DNA from: an uncultured Gammaproteobacteria bacterium
Lineage (GTDB): Bacteria > Pseudomonadota > Gammaproteobacteria > UBA9214
Direction: 5' to 3'
DNA length: 64,000 nucleotides
Assembly: GCA_963748215.1 (NCBI GenBank)
Contig: CAVVHS010000007.1
Coordinates: 96,001-160,000 of the forward strand
Below, piece after piece: positions 43,356 to 55,351 of this stretch. The position numbers and the translations under genes were made by a program. The notes beneath the pieces are model-generated. The model did no database searches and was not told the origin of the DNA. It was given only the letters and a program-made list of their open reading frames with translations. Positions within the stretch are counted from its first letter, which is position 1. Every line of letters begins with the position of its first letter.

Positions 43356-43523
43356 TAAAATTATTAAAAACATATATTTAATAAATGCATGAACTTGCAG
43401 GTCGTGTAAGAATTTGATTACACGTATCAATATATGTAAAGTTTGTTCTGAAAAACAATACAAACAATAGAGTTTTTATGCAGCCAACATGATCTAGATA
43501 ACTGCGGACATCGGAGGTACGCC

Positions 43524-44432
43524 ATGGATAACAATAACAGCTCGGTAGTTACCCAGTTTTATGACCAGCTGGTAACTGACTTTGATCAGGGAAAAGGTGT
43601 GATGTGGTGCTATGCGAATCCTAGTCCACGACCATGTTTCACACCTGAACTATTGCAAGACTTGATCAGGTTTTTTAATGCAACAAGAAGCAAAATTACA
43701 GCTGATTTAGATCTAGGTCTTCCGTCACCTATCAAATATTTAATTCTTGGCTCATATAAACCAGGCATTTTTAGTCTTGGGGGCGATCTTGATTTATTTA
43801 CAAAGTGCATAAAAGAAAATGATCGCGAGAAATTAGAAAGTTATATGCGGTTAAGTATAGATGTACTGTTTGAAACTTATTCCAACATACATCTCCCACT
43901 TACTACAATTGCACTAATAAGGGGGAATGCACTTGGTGCGGGTTTCGAAGGCGCTCTTGCATGTGACTATTTGGTGGCGGAAAAGAGCGTGCAACTTGGT
44001 TTCCCGGAGGTTTTATTCAATATGTTCCCTGGCATGGGAGCGTATAGCTTTTTAGCTCGCAGAATAAGTCCAGTCAATATTGAGAAAATGATATTAAGTG
44101 GACGAATATATACTGCAGAAGAGCTATTTGAGCTCGGGGTTGTCGATTACCTTGCTGAAGATGGTGAAGGTGTGAATGAGGTTAATGACCTTATGAGGCA
44201 GCATGAGAAAAATACAAATACTCGAAAATCATTACTAAAAATACGTAATCGCGTAAACCCTGTAACCCACGAGGAGTTACTCGATATAGGTAATATCTGG
44301 GTAGATGCTGCAATGTCATTATCAGATAGAGATTTAAAAATAATGCAGAGGCTTATACGATCACAAGACAGAATGGCTCAATCGCTCGTGAATACTGTAG
44401 ATATCAAGGAAAAGAAGGTAAGTACTTCGTGA
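43524..44432 (+). CDS. rpfF: RpfF-like DSF synthase (crotonase fold)
   Basis: RPCFT, FSLGGDLDLF, ALGAGFEGAL, GFPEVLFNMFPGMGAYS with both catalytic Glu; convergent with rpfC-rpfG. Confidence 0.85.
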   Translation: MDNNNSSVVTQFYDQLVTDFDQGKGVMWCYANPSPRPCFTPELLQDLIRFFNATRSKITADLDLGLPSPIKYLILGSYKPGIFSLGGDLDLFTKCIKENDREKLESYMRLSIDVLFETYSNIHLPLTTIALIRGNALGAGFEGALACDYLVAEKSVQLGFPEVLFNMFPGMGAYSFLARRISPVNIEKMILSGRIYTAEELFELGVVDYLAEDGEGVNEVNDLMRQHEKNTNTRKSLLKIRNRVNPVTHEELLDIGNIWVDAAMSLSDRDLKIMQRLIRSQDRMAQSLVNTVDIKEKKVSTS

Positions 44433-44466
44433 AGTAGGGCTGTTCTACATTTTCTAAATTATACCT

Positions 44467-44715
44467 ATGAATGATGAATTGGCAGAAATTATGTGCAGTG
44501 CTCTAAACAGTGATAGAAGTATAGATGAGCTTGCAATAAAACTTGGCGAGATAAAGACTCGAATTAGACATGAAAGGACTTATCTTGATAGTGATCGAGA
44601 AATAATAACCAAGCTACAAAGTATTGAAGCTTTATTAGAGCGTATGATTCTTCACGGATTTTATAAAGAACAACATAGGGTTTCGTCAAAGCCAGTCTTA
44701 AAAATAATAAAATGA
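44467..44715 (+). CDS. hypothetical small helical protein (82 aa)
   Basis: ATG ORF filling the AT-rich gap between rpfF and rpfC. Confidence 0.5.
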   Translation: MNDELAEIMCSALNSDRSIDELAIKLGEIKTRIRHERTYLDSDREIITKLQSIEALLERMILHGFYKEQHRVSSKPVLKIIK

Positions 44716-44778
44716 TATAAACTGCAGTACCCCAGGATTGACCAGACAGACAATTTTAAACAGCATATTTATTTAATT

Positions 44779-47337
44779 TCATATTCTCCGATTTTCACTA
44801 GATGTCTTGAGTCCGTCTGTTAGATAGTCTTCAAGCAAATCTTTTGTTTCCGCAAACGTATTTATGACGGATTTGAGGTATGAAATATATTCGTAATCAT
44901 TCAGGTCACTGCTTAGTCTTTCGCTGCAAAGTTTGTGAAGAGCCATGGCACCCATGCTGCCAGCGCTCCCCTTAAGGGCGTGTGATAAGTCATTATATTT
45001 TTTGAAGTCTCTTGTTGCTATAGCCTCTTCCATGTCGGTTATTAATTTGTCTGCATCTGCAAGAAATCCTCTAACCAACGGCTCCATAAAATTATCATCC
45101 TCAGATAAAAGCTTAAGATCGTTCAAGACCTTATAGTCTACGATGTCAATATTTTTGGCGATACTGGATTGTGTGCTTGAATCATGTTTGTCTTCAATAT
45201 TGAGGGATGTAATCTGTAGATCTTTAGTATGAGTAGAATTAACCCTGGCGGAGAGCCTTGCAACTGTATCGAGCAGCTTGTTTACGTTAATTGGCTTGGT
45301 TAAATATGCGTCTACATTAGCTTCCACGCATTCCCTCAATGCTTCGGTTGTTGCGTTAGCAGTTAAAATGATTATTGGGGCTTTGTTTTCTCTATTTGCA
45401 GTGTAGTTGTATATTTTTGTGGCCTCTATGCCGCCCATGACAGGCATCTGCATATCTAGGATAATTATGTCGTAATCATCCGCTTCCAATGCATCTAGCG
45501 CCTCTTGCCCATTATTAACAATGTGCGGGATATGGTGAGCACGTTCGAGTATTTTTGTAATTACAAGTTGATTCGTTGGATTGTCTTCCGCAACCAATAT
45601 TTTCAGATTGGATGCATTAGAGGCAGATTTCTCGAAATACTTGTTAAAGCTTATTACATTGATGTTATCGATCGCTCCAACGTTGGCAGCATGCAGTGCA
45701 TTATATAGTGCAGATTTATTTAACGGATAGCGTAGTACGAAATCATATTCATCGCTGCTGTATATTTCGTTATTTTCTTCACTGGTGAAATATATCATTG
45801 GTGCTGAAGTGAATTTTCTGCACTGTATAGCAAATTCATGAGCATCGACGCCTGCTTTCCAAATGTTTTCAGAGTCAACAATGATTGATGAATATGGATG
45901 TACGGGCATGGGCTTGGTGAGCTTCTCGATGGCGGTGGTTGGATTGCTGCACCAATCTGAAGATATTCCCCATGCGTGAAGTGAATCGGTTAAATCGTGA
46001 TTATCATATTCACCTATAACAAGCACATGAATATTATTTAATTCACCAAGGCTGTCTATATCTGCAGCATCCTCTTGCTTATCAAATACAATTTCGAACC
46101 AGAAAGTACTGCCTGCGCCTTCAGCGCTATGTAAACCGATTGTTCCACCCATTAATTCTACGATTTGTTTGGATATGGTGGTTCCGAGGCCAGTACCACC
46201 ATATTTTCTGGTGGTAGAACTGTCAGCCTGTGTGAAGCTCTCAAAAATATTCTTTTGTGCGCTAACTGATATGCCAATACCGGTATCGATAACCTCAAAA
46301 CGCAAGCGTGCAGATGACGCGTCTTCACTAACTGTCGTGATATTTATGCTCACAGAGCCTTTTTCTGTAAATTTGATGGCATTACCCAATAGGTTCACGA
46401 TGACCTGTCTTAAGTGATGGGGGTCGCCAACAAGTCTGTAAGGAGTGGTGGCAGTAATTGAGTAATTAAGTTTTAAATCTTTGGTGTCGGCCTGTACGCG
46501 CACCATAGAAACTGTATTATTAATTAAACTGTGGAGGTCAAAAGCAGTATTTTCAATGCAGAATTTGCCAGCCTCGATTTTTGAAATATCGAGTACATCT
46601 TCAATTAACGAGAGAAGTGATTGCGCAGAGGCGCGTAATGTCCTGGACAGCTCTTTTTGTTCATCTGTCAGTTCAGTGCTAGAAAGTAGGTCGCTCATGC
46701 AAATAACACCGTTTAATGGTGTTCTAATCTCATGGCTCATATTAGCAAGAAACACGCTTTTAGACCTGTTTGCATTCTCTGCGACGGCTTTTGCCTGTGT
46801 TAGTTTGCTGAGCAAAACATAAAAGAATATTGGTAAAATTACGAGGCCTATTAATAGGCCAATGCCGGCGATTCGCTGCTCGATCCAGTAATCTGTTGTG
46901 AGTAATACTATGGAAAATTCAGAGACAGCAATGATGGTCCCAGCGATGAGGTAGTGCTGGCCAAATCTCATGCCGTAACCGATAATCAGCCACAGGTAAA
47001 CCGAGAAGCAAATTGTAGCTTCATCGCCACCATAATGTAGAGTTAGTGAGAGAAAGGATAAATCTAATACTAACGTGAAACCACGTCTTAACTTCGAGTC
47101 GTCTCGGTAGAGCTTGAAGCTGAAAAGAATAAGAATCGCTATTGCATCATAGCTTGTTAAAAAGCCAACAGGCTGTTCAAGAATATTTGGTAGGCCAAGT
47201 AGTGTGTAATGCAGAGATAAGTAGACTGTAATTGCAGATAAGATAATCAACCTTATTACAGCTTGTTCAAATTCACCACTACCTTTCGAATGTGGAAATT
47301 CAAGGGCGCCAATTAAGCGAGTGAAGAAACTAGACAT
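44779..47337 (-). CDS. rpfC: RpfC-like hybrid sensor histidine kinase
   Basis: N-terminal EFEQAVIR plus about 5 TM helices with [22 protein letters not shown], HATPase boxes, REC (AEDN...LDMQMP), HPt (HALKGSA). Confidence 0.82.
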   Translation of the reverse strand: MSSFFTRLIGALEFPHSKGSGEFEQAVIRLIILSAITVYLSLHYTLLGLPNILEQPVGFLTSYDAIAILILFSFKLYRDDSKLRRGFTLVLDLSFLSLTLHYGGDEATICFSVYLWLIIGYGMRFGQHYLIAGTIIAVSEFSIVLLTTDYWIEQRIAGIGLLIGLVILPIFFYVLLSKLTQAKAVAENANRSKSVFLANMSHEIRTPLNGVICMSDLLSSTELTDEQKELSRTLRASAQSLLSLIEDVLDISKIEAGKFCIENTAFDLHSLINNTVSMVRVQADTKDLKLNYSITATTPYRLVGDPHHLRQVIVNLLGNAIKFTEKGSVSINITTVSEDASSARLRFEVIDTGIGISVSAQKNIFESFTQADSSTTRKYGGTGLGTTISKQIVELMGGTIGLHSAEGAGSTFWFEIVFDKQEDAADIDSLGELNNIHVLVIGEYDNHDLTDSLHAWGISSDWCSNPTTAIEKLTKPMPVHPYSSIIVDSENIWKAGVDAHEFAIQCRKFTSAPMIYFTSEENNEIYSSDEYDFVLRYPLNKSALYNALHAANVGAIDNINVISFNKYFEKSASNASNLKILVAEDNPTNQLVITKILERAHHIPHIVNNGQEALDALEADDYDIIILDMQMPVMGGIEATKIYNYTANRENKAPIIILTANATTEALRECVEANVDAYLTKPINVNKLLDTVARLSARVNSTHTKDLQITSLNIEDKHDSSTQSSIAKNIDIVDYKVLNDLKLLSEDDNFMEPLVRGFLADADKLITDMEEAIATRDFKKYNDLSHALKGSAGSMGAMALHKLCSERLSSDLNDYEYISYLKSVINTFAETKDLLEDYLTDGLKTSSENRRI

Positions 47338-47348
47338 AATGTCTACAC

Positions 47349-48407
47349 TTAACGTGACATGTGTTTTTCAATATCCGGCAACAATCCCTGAATCTTTGCA
47401 ACAGCGTCTATCTGCGATTTGAACGCATCCAGAATCTCCGGATCAAAATGCTTGCCGCGGTGACTCTCCATGTAATCAAGCGCAGCCTGTGTAGACCAGG
47501 CATTTTTATACGGGCGCTCTGATACCAGGGCATCAAACACGTCAGCAACGGCTACAATTCTAGCTTCAATGGGTATTTCCTCGCCTTTTTTCCCATATGG
47601 GTAACCGCTGCCGTCGTATTTCTCATGATGTCCAAGCGCAATAATTCCACCCATCTGGAGAAACTTTGAAGGGCTGTCTTTGAGAATATCGTGTCCGATA
47701 ATCGTGTGTGTCTTCATTATCTCGAACTCAGCGGGTGTCAATTTCCCGGGCTTTAATAATATATCGTCCCTTATGCCGATTTTCCCGATATCGTGCATGG
47801 GTGCTGCCATCTCGATAACCTCGGCATTATCCCGTGAGAGACCAATTTCTTCGGCTATGATGCGCGAGTACTTCGCCATGCGGATAATATGATTACCGGT
47901 TTCCTCATCCCGGTATTCACCCGCACGTGCAAGACGCAGCAGGGTTTCGCGTTCACGCATACGTACCTCGCTGGTCGCCTCGGCAACACGACGTTCGAGC
48001 CAGCGTGATCTGTCGCTGATAATTTTGTATTGCTGATGTTGTGTCAGCAGGTTGCGGCAGCGTGCGCGACATTCGTGATGATCAACGGGCTTCATCAGGA
48101 AGTCGGTGGCGCCAACTCCGAGTGCCTCATAGCGGACATTTCTATCCTCAATAGATGTGACCATGATGACCGGCACATGTGCGGACGAGGGACTCAAACG
48201 GAACTTGCGGATAAATTCAACACCGTTCATTTCCGGCATCTTGTAGTCAACCAGTACGAGATCAACCGGATGATTAGCAGTCCATGCCAGCGCTTCCAGC
48301 GGGTTGGCAAAATCATGCACGGTAATATTCTGCTCAATGGTGCTGACCAGTTGTTTGAGAATCTGCCGGCTGGTCAGCTGATCATCAATAATCAAGATTG
48401 TGCTCAT
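47349..48407 (-). CDS. rpfG: RpfG-like REC-HD-GYP c-di-GMP phosphodiesterase
   Basis: REC (VDYKMP), [34 protein letters not shown]. Confidence 0.85.
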   Translation of the reverse strand: MSTILIIDDQLTSRQILKQLVSTIEQNITVHDFANPLEALAWTANHPVDLVLVDYKMPEMNGVEFIRKFRLSPSSAHVPVIMVTSIEDRNVRYEALGVGATDFLMKPVDHHECRARCRNLLTQHQQYKIISDRSRWLERRVAEATSEVRMRERETLLRLARAGEYRDEETGNHIIRMAKYSRIIAEEIGLSRDNAEVIEMAAPMHDIGKIGIRDDILLKPGKLTPAEFEIMKTHTIIGHDILKDSPSKFLQMGGIIALGHHEKYDGSGYPYGKKGEEIPIEARIVAVADVFDALVSERPYKNAWSTQAALDYMESHRGKHFDPEILDAFKSQIDAVAKIQGLLPDIEKHMSR

Positions 48408-48733
48408 TTCTCCGACCCTGATTTACGCGAATATTTTAATTTCATCTGCAACGGCACCTTGGAACCCGGCAATTTACCTGTTTCTGCATGATCAGAATGA
48501 CATAACATATTGAATATCAAGATATATACCTTCAGGCCAGGTTCATACAGTAATATCGGCGTAATTCACAAAAAACTTAAACCTTTCAGGTATCTGTGTG
48601 TTTCGATGTGGTTACTGAAACGCGCGGACACAATGTGTGCCGGTGCTGCCATGATTCCAGGTCCAAAATGGCAGCACAGTTGCGGGTGGCGGGACGGACT
48701 GTACAATACTGCGAACTTTACAACGGAACATGT

Positions 48734-48958
48734 ATGGACAACGAAGACAAGCAGGGCAACACGGCGCCTTCAATGCTGGATGTGCTGTACAGTGTGCTGG
48801 CCAGTATGTTCGGGGTGCAAAGCAATCGCAATCGTGAAAAAGATTTCACGCATGGCAAGCCGTCTCAATACATCATTATCGGCCTGCTGGTGACAGTGTT
48901 TTTCGTGCTGAGTGTCTGGGGTGTGGTGCAGCTGGTGATGAAGCTGGCGGGCATCTGA
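48734..48958 (+). CDS. DUF2970-like small membrane protein
   Basis: SVLASMFGVQS.RNREKDF..GKP then a TM helix. Confidence 0.8.
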   Translation: MDNEDKQGNTAPSMLDVLYSVLASMFGVQSNRNREKDFTHGKPSQYIIIGLLVTVFFVLSVWGVVQLVMKLAGI

Positions 48959-51724
48959 TTACAAGGCCAGGATCTTCTCCAGCTGTGCTTGCAGGTTACT
49001 GATTGCCGTCAGCAGTTCCGATACGCGTGACCGCTCTTTGTCGACAACAGCTGCAGGTGCCTTGTCAACAAAGCTTGCGTTGTTGAGTTTTTTCTCGCAG
49101 CGATCCAGTTCGTCCTTCCTGCGTTCCAGATCTTTCCTTAGTCGGAGTATCTCCGCGTCCTTGTCGATCAGGCCGGCCAGCGGAATCAACAGTTTCATGT
49201 TGCCAACCAGCGCAACTGAAGACTCCGGTGCCATCTCCCCTTCATTCAGCCAGGTCACTGACTCAATGCGTCCAACCGTGCTGAGGTAATGGCCATTTTG
49301 ATCGAGCAGCGTACGATCCCTGGTGTTGCCACCTTCCAGCAGCACGGGAAGCATTTTGCGTGGATCGATATTCATCCCGCTACGGATTTTGCGCACACCG
49401 ATGATGAATTCCTTTAACCAGCCGATTTCTGCGCATGCGTTTGCATCAATTCTGTCGGGGTCGGGGAGCGGGTAGGGCTGCAGCATTATCGTGCTGCCTT
49501 CGACAGCCGCAAGAGGTGCCATGCGCTGCCAGATTTCCTCGCTGATAAACGGGACCAGCGGATGTAGCAGGCGCAGCACGGTTTCCATGACACTCACGAG
49601 AGTGCGGCGCGTACCGCGCAGCGCAGCGGGGCTGCTATTCGGGTCGGTCAGTACCGGCTTGGACAGCTCCAGGTACCAGTCACAGTACTCGTCCCAGATA
49701 AACGAGTACATGGCCTGTGCGGCATGGTCGAAGCGGTAGGTTCCGATCGCATCGAGTACTGCCTGCTCGGTTTCCTGCAATTGCGAGATGATCCAGCGGT
49801 CTGCGGCGCTCAGTTCGACCACGTCGCCGGCCTGGCCGCAGTCCTGGTCTTCCGTGTTCAAAAGTACGTAGCGGGCGGCGTTCCATAACTTGTTGCAGAA
49901 ATTCCGGTAACCCTCGATACGGCCAAGATCGAAATTGATATCGCGCCCGGTAGAGGCCAGCGCGGCAAAGGTGAAGCGCAGGGCATCGGTCCCGTAGGCC
50001 GGAATGCCGTCCGGGAAGTCCTTGCGTGTGAGCTTTTCGATCTTGTCGGCCATCTGTGGCTGCATCAGCGCTGAACGCCGCTTGGCAACCAGCGATTCAA
50101 GATCGATGCCGTCGATCAGGTCGATCGGATCGAGGACGTTGCCCTTGGATTTGGACATCTTGTTGCCATGGGCATCACGCACCAGACCGTGGATGTAGAC
50201 TTCCCGGAACGGGACATCACCCATGAACTTCAGACCCATCATGATCATGCGGGCAACCCAGAAGAAGATGATGTCGAAACCGGTGACCAGTACACTCGTC
50301 GGGTAGAAGGTCTTGACCGCTTCCGACTGGTGCGGCCAGCCGAGGGTGCTGAACGGCCATAAGGCCGAGGAGAACCAGGTGTCCAGCACGTCCTCGTCCT
50401 GACCCAGCGGCACGCTGCTGCCCAGCTTGTGTTTGGCGCGCACCTCGGCTTCCGTGCGCCCGACATAGACATTGCCGTCGTCGTCATACCAGGCCGGGAT
50501 ACGGTGACCCCACCAGATCTGGCGCGAGATACACCAGTCCTGGATGTTGCGCATCCACTCGAAATAGGTGTTTTTCCAGTTGTCGGGCACGAAGCGGATG
50601 GTGCCGTCTTGCACGGCCCGAATTGCCGGTTCCGCCAGTGGGCCGATCTTCACGAACCACTGATCGGTCAGATACGGTTCCACCACCGCTCCGGAGCGGT
50701 CCCCGCGCGGCACCATCAGCCTGTGATCGTCGATTTTCTCCAGCAGGCCCTGCGATTGCAGGTCGGCGACGATGCGCTTGCGTGCCTCGAAACGGTCCAG
50801 ACCCTGGTAGGCACAATCGACCGTGTCGTTGACGCAGGCATCGACGGTGAAAATGTTGATCAACGGCAGGTCGTGACGCTTGCCCATTTCGTAGTCGTTG
50901 AAGTCGTGCGCGGGCGTTATCTTCACGCAGCCGGTGCCGAACTCGGGATCAACGTATTCGTCCGCTATCACGGGTATCTCGCGTTCGGTTAGCGGCAGGC
51001 GGATAGTCTTGCCGACCAGCGCCTGGTAGCGTTCGTCGTCGGGGTGGACAGCGACTGCCGCATCACCGAGCATGGTTTCCGGACGGGTGGTGGCGACCAC
51101 CAGGTGTCCGGTGCCGTCGGACAGCGGGTAGCGCATGTACCAGAGATGTCCGGCTTCCTCTTCGGAGACCACTTCGAGATCGGACACCGCCGTATGCAAT
51201 ACCGGGTCCCAGTTCACCAGGCGCTTGCCGCGGTAGATCAGGCCTTCCTCGTAGAGGCGCACAAAGGTTTCCTTTACCGCCTCGGACAGGCCATCGTCCA
51301 TGGTGAAACGTTCGCGCGACCAGTCCAGCGACGCGCCCATGCGGCGCAGCTGGCGGGTAATGGTGCCGCCCGACTCGTGTTTCCACTCCCAGATGCGCTT
51401 GATGAATTCCGCGCGGCCGAGGTCATGACGGGTGACATTCTGTGCGGCGAGCTGTCGTTCCACCACCATCTGGGTTGCGATGCCGGCATGGTCGGTGCCG
51501 GCCTGCCAGAGGGTGTTGTCGCCGCGCATGCGGTGATAGCGGGTGAGGGCGTCCATCAGGGTGTCCTGGAAGGCATGTCCCATGTGCAGGCTGCCGGTGA
51601 CATTCGGCGGCGGGATCATGATGCAGTAGGGAGTGCCCGTACCGGATGGCGCAAAGTAGCCTTCCCGCTCCCAGGTTTCATACCAGTGCTGCTCGATGGC
51701 GTGAGGATTGTAGGTCTTGTCCAT
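48959..51724 (-). CDS. valS: valine--tRNA ligase
   Basis: [30 protein letters not shown]-terminal coiled coil. Confidence 0.98.
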   Translation of the reverse strand: MDKTYNPHAIEQHWYETWEREGYFAPSGTGTPYCIMIPPPNVTGSLHMGHAFQDTLMDALTRYHRMRGDNTLWQAGTDHAGIATQMVVERQLAAQNVTRHDLGRAEFIKRIWEWKHESGGTITRQLRRMGASLDWSRERFTMDDGLSEAVKETFVRLYEEGLIYRGKRLVNWDPVLHTAVSDLEVVSEEEAGHLWYMRYPLSDGTGHLVVATTRPETMLGDAAVAVHPDDERYQALVGKTIRLPLTEREIPVIADEYVDPEFGTGCVKITPAHDFNDYEMGKRHDLPLINIFTVDACVNDTVDCAYQGLDRFEARKRIVADLQSQGLLEKIDDHRLMVPRGDRSGAVVEPYLTDQWFVKIGPLAEPAIRAVQDGTIRFVPDNWKNTYFEWMRNIQDWCISRQIWWGHRIPAWYDDDGNVYVGRTEAEVRAKHKLGSSVPLGQDEDVLDTWFSSALWPFSTLGWPHQSEAVKTFYPTSVLVTGFDIIFFWVARMIMMGLKFMGDVPFREVYIHGLVRDAHGNKMSKSKGNVLDPIDLIDGIDLESLVAKRRSALMQPQMADKIEKLTRKDFPDGIPAYGTDALRFTFAALASTGRDINFDLGRIEGYRNFCNKLWNAARYVLLNTEDQDCGQAGDVVELSAADRWIISQLQETEQAVLDAIGTYRFDHAAQAMYSFIWDEYCDWYLELSKPVLTDPNSSPAALRGTRRTLVSVMETVLRLLHPLVPFISEEIWQRMAPLAAVEGSTIMLQPYPLPDPDRIDANACAEIGWLKEFIIGVRKIRSGMNIDPRKMLPVLLEGGNTRDRTLLDQNGHYLSTVGRIESVTWLNEGEMAPESSVALVGNMKLLIPLAGLIDKDAEILRLRKDLERRKDELDRCEKKLNNASFVDKAPAAVVDKERSRVSELLTAISNLQAQLEKILAL

Positions 51725-51805
51725 GTGCTATCGGTAAGGTCAGCCAGGCCTGCTCGCCCAAAGCCGGGGATTATACCCGATGGCGGGTGATTTGCCCGGT
51801 AAGTG

Positions 51806-52183
51806 CTAGGAGATGATGCCTTCGTCCTGCAGGGCCTTGGCCAGCAGTTCGGGCAGTGCGTCCTCCAGCTGGTTACGGATCAGCTCGAAGGAGCGGACAT
51901 TGTTGTCGTCCAGGGCCTTGTTGACGACGTTCTCGATGGCGATGCCGAGTGTCTGTTCGATCTGCAGCCGGATGCCGCGTGTCAGTTCCGCGGCGACCTC
52001 GTCGAGCTGTTGCTGAAAGAGTTCGCTGCGGAGCAGTTCCTCCGCGAGTTCGGCCGTGCTCAGGCCGGGGGAGGGCAGATCGGGGGCTGCCTCTGCGGCA
52101 AGCAGCGATTCTTCGGATACGATATCGGTGAGGATGGGGACACCCTCGGAATCGACCGGTATATCGTGATAATGCTCGCTCAT
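51806..52183 (-). CDS. acidic hypothetical protein downstream of holC
   Basis: VPILTDIV motif then an acidic helical region; overlaps the holC stop. Confidence 0.7.
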   Translation of the reverse strand: MSEHYHDIPVDSEGVPILTDIVSEESLLAAEAAPDLPSPGLSTAELAEELLRSELFQQQLDEVAAELTRGIRLQIEQTLGIAIENVVNKALDDNNVRSFELIRNQLEDALPELLAKALQDEGIIS

Positions 52184-52605
52184 AACTTGTGCGTGTTAAG
52201 AGTGTAGCCACGGTCCTGGTAGAAGCGATAGCGCTCGCGCGCCGCGGCTCGCGCTGTTTCATCGCCACCGACCAGTTCGGCCACGCGCTTGAAGCGGCCG
52301 AACCAGAGCGGCACATCGCTGTCGAGGTTAACCAGCACGTCAGCGGGGCCGTCGGGTTCGAGCGCATGGCCGATCAGGATGGGCTGGCCGGCGTCGGTTG
52401 TTCCGGAATAGACCATATGTGGCAGAAAACTGCCGGCGCGAAAGGTCCACAACAGGTCATCGAGCTGTTTCAGTTGCGGTGCGGATTGCGCATTGATGTA
52501 CACCTGGTGGCCCTGCTTGTAGGCCTTCTCGGCCAGCCGGCAGGTGAACAGCGTCCACGCCTCCGGCGCAGAGTCATTCAGGATGTAGAAATCCACCTGT
52601 GTCAT
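52180..52605 (-). CDS. holC: DNA polymerase III chi subunit
   Basis: VDFYIL, LDDLLW.F..SFLPH, ARERYRFY; pepA-holC-valS order. Confidence 0.95.
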   Translation of the reverse strand: MTQVDFYILNDSAPEAWTLFTCRLAEKAYKQGHQVYINAQSAPQLKQLDDLLWTFRAGSFLPHMVYSGTTDAGQPILIGHALEPDGPADVLVNLDSDVPLWFGRFKRVAELVGGDETARAAARERYRFYQDRGYTLNTHKL

Positions 52606-54095
52606 CAGTCAGCGCAACGGTCCAGCAGGAACTGGGTGAGCAGGGTAACCGGTCGCCCGGTGGCGCCTTTCTCCTTGCCGTTTTTCCAGGCGACCCCGGC
52701 GATGTCGAGATGCGCCCAATGGTAGTTCTTTGTGAAGCGTGACAGGAAGCAGGCCGCGGTGATGGTGCCGGCTTCGCGTCCACCGATATTGGCCATGTCG
52801 GCGAAGTTGCTGTCGAGCTGGGGCTGGTAGTCCTCCCATAACGGCAACTGCCAGGCGCGGTCAGCGGCGCTTTCCCCGGCGGCCAGCAACTGGTTGGCCA
52901 GGTCACCATCGTTGCTCAACAGGCCGGCGGCATGGCCGCCGAGCGCGATTACGCAGGCGCCGGTCAGCGTGGCGATATCGATCACCACGTCCGGCTTGAA
53001 GCGTTCGCTGTAGGTCAGGGCATCGCACAGGATCAGGCGGCCTTCGGCGTCGGTGTTCAGAATCTCGATGGTCTGACCGGACATGCTCGTCACGATGTCG
53101 CCAGGCTTGATGGCGCGCCCGCCCGGCAGGTTTTCAGTGGCGGGAATCACGCCCACCACGTTGAGCGGCAGGTTCATCTCGACGCAGGCCCTGAGTGTGC
53201 CCAGCACACTGGCGGCGCCGCACATGTCGAATTTCATCTCATCCATGGCCGCGGCCGGCTTGATGGAGATGCCGCCTGAGTCGAAGGTGACGCCCTTGCC
53301 GACCAGTACTACCGGCTTCGCGCCGGCTTTGCCGCCGCTGTATTGCAGGGTGATCAGCTTGGCCGGCTCGTCGCTGCCGCGTGCGACCGAGAGCAGCGCG
53401 CCCATGCCATGTTTCTTCATCGAGGCCTCTTCCATGACGCTGACCTTGAGCTTGGGGCTGGACTTGGCCAGTTCGCGTGCCTGGCTGGCCAGGTAGGCCG
53501 GTGTGCAGATGTTGCCCGGCAGGTTGCCGAGGGTACGCGCCAGTTCCACGCCGTTTGCGATTGCCTCGCCGTCGGTGATGGCCTTGCGGGACGACTCCTG
53601 TGCCTCGGCATGCACGTTGATTCCCATGCGCCGCAGCGGGCGGCTTTCCTTGTCCTTTTTGCTTTTCAGCTCGTCCGGGGTGTAGAGCGTGCTGCGTATG
53701 ACTTCCACATGTGCGCGGATCTTGTGGTAGTAGTCGCAGCCGTTAACGTCGAGGTCGGCGAGATAACTGACCGCGTCGCTGGCGCCGGATGCATTCGCGG
53801 CCAGCGCTGCACTGGCAAGTGCCGTGCGATAGGCGATGGCGTTGAATTCGCCCGGCTTGCCGCAGCCGACCAGCAGCACGCGTTCGCATTTCGCGCCTTC
53901 CGGGTAATGCACCAGCAGGGTCTGGCCGCTCTTGCCGTCCATATCGCCGTTGGCGAGCAGCCTGGCCAGCAGTCCGCTGGCCGACTTGTCAAAACGGCTG
54001 GCGGCATCGGATAGCTTGCGGCGTTCGAAAACGCCGAGGATTACACAGCCGGTCTTGATGTTCGCGGGGTTCTCGCACTTGACGGTGAATTTCAT
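52605..54095 (-). CDS. pepA: leucyl aminopeptidase
   Basis: GKGVTFDSGG, MKFDM, NTDAEGRL, HLDIAG, ATGRPV. Confidence 0.97.
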   Translation of the reverse strand: MKFTVKCENPANIKTGCVILGVFERRKLSDAASRFDKSASGLLARLLANGDMDGKSGQTLLVHYPEGAKCERVLLVGCGKPGEFNAIAYRTALASAALAANASGASDAVSYLADLDVNGCDYYHKIRAHVEVIRSTLYTPDELKSKKDKESRPLRRMGINVHAEAQESSRKAITDGEAIANGVELARTLGNLPGNICTPAYLASQARELAKSSPKLKVSVMEEASMKKHGMGALLSVARGSDEPAKLITLQYSGGKAGAKPVVLVGKGVTFDSGGISIKPAAAMDEMKFDMCGAASVLGTLRACVEMNLPLNVVGVIPATENLPGGRAIKPGDIVTSMSGQTIEILNTDAEGRLILCDALTYSERFKPDVVIDIATLTGACVIALGGHAAGLLSNDGDLANQLLAAGESAADRAWQLPLWEDYQPQLDSNFADMANIGGREAGTITAACFLSRFTKNYHWAHLDIAGVAWKNGKEKGATGRPVTLLTQFLLDRCAD

Positions 54096-54253
54096 ACAAC
54101 TTTCCTCAATGGGCTGTCGTTGTGATTGCAGACAGCGGGCCCGGTGTTATACGGTAGCCGCAGTCTGAATGGATACCGCTCCAGGGTATCAACATAACAG
54201 GGGAGTGTACTGGAAGCCGTCGTGATTTTCATGGGGCTTCCGGACCCGGATAC

Positions 54254-55351
54254 ATGCTGCGAATCTTCGACCGCTACCTGCTTAAAGAAGTCATCTATGG
54301 CTGGCTGGCAGTGACCGTCGTGCTGTGGCTGGTGCTGGTCAGCAACCGCCTGGTGCAGTATTTGGCCGAAGCCGCGGAGGGCAATATTCCCGGCAGCCTG
54401 ATCTTCAACCTGCTGGCCCTGAAAATGGTCTGGTACCTGGTGCTGGTGGTGCCGTTTGCGCTGGCGCTCGGGGTGGTGCTGGGGCTCAGCCGCCTGTACC
54501 GGGACAACGAGATGGTGGTCATGTCGGCCTGCGGGGTGGGGCCCGCGCGCATCTATCGCCCGTTGCTGGGGTTGTCCATGATCGTTGCCGTGCTGATTGC
54601 CTGGCTGTCGCTCTATGTCAGCCCCGAGGTGCAGGGCATGAGCGACCGCCTCAAGGTCAGTGCACAACAGCAGGCCGACCTCACCGTGCTGGGTGCCGGC
54701 CGTTTCAACGATTTGCAGGGCGGCCGCGTCACCTTTTATGCGGAGCGGTTGTCTGCCGACCGCTCGCAAATGGAGAACCTGTTCATCGTGGTGCGCAGCG
54801 CCTCTGCCCAGACGCGGCCGCCGCAGCTGCTGACCGCAAAGACCGCCCGCCGCACGCTTGATGCGGACACCGGTGAGGATTTTCTGGTGCTTCAGGACGG
54901 TTACCGCTATGACGGTACGCCGGGTGAAGCCAGTTATCGCATCATGCAGTTCAGCCAGTACGGTGTGCGTATCGATCTGCCGGACGCCGTGGATCCCGGC
55001 GAAATGCGCGAGGCGGTAGCGACCCGGCGCCTGCTGGCATCGTCTGATCCGTGGGACATTGCCGAGCTGCAGTGGCGTCTGTCCATGCCGCTGTCGGTCA
55101 TCGTGCTGGTGCTGCTGGCGGTGCCGCTGACTCGTGGGGGGCCGCGGCAGGGCCGCTACGGCCGCCTGGTGATGGCCGTGCTCCTGTTTGTCGTCTACTA
55201 CAATCTGCTCGGTACGGCCAAGGTATGGGTCGGCAAGGGTGCCGTGCCACCCCAAATCGGCCTGTGGTGGGTGCCATTGCTGCCGGTCATCCTGACGCTG
55301 TTGCTGTACAACGGCGGCCGCATCGCCTGCCGGCTGGGCCTGCGGCGATGA
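54254..55351 (+). CDS. lptF: LPS export permease LptF
   Basis: RLYRDNEM, AELQWR, PRQGRY; divergent from pepA. Confidence 0.93.
   Translation: MLRIFDRYLLKEVIYGWLAVTVVLWLVLVSNRLVQYLAEAAEGNIPGSLIFNLLALKMVWYLVLVVPFALALGVVLGLSRLYRDNEMVVMSACGVGPARIYRPLLGLSMIVAVLIAWLSLYVSPEVQGMSDRLKVSAQQQADLTVLGAGRFNDLQGGRVTFYAERLSADRSQMENLFIVVRSASAQTRPPQLLTAKTARRTLDADTGEDFLVLQDGYRYDGTPGEASYRIMQFSQYGVRIDLPDAVDPGEMREAVATRRLLASSDPWDIAELQWRLSMPLSVIVLVLLAVPLTRGGPRQGRYGRLVMAVLLFVVYYNLLGTAKVWVGKGAVPPQIGLWWVPLLPVILTLLLYNGGRIACRLGLRR

Noticed and set aside
43351-43368. Palindrome TTTAATAA-AA-TTATTAAA upstream of rpfF
   Set aside because: All A/T in an AT-rich tract; too likely by chance
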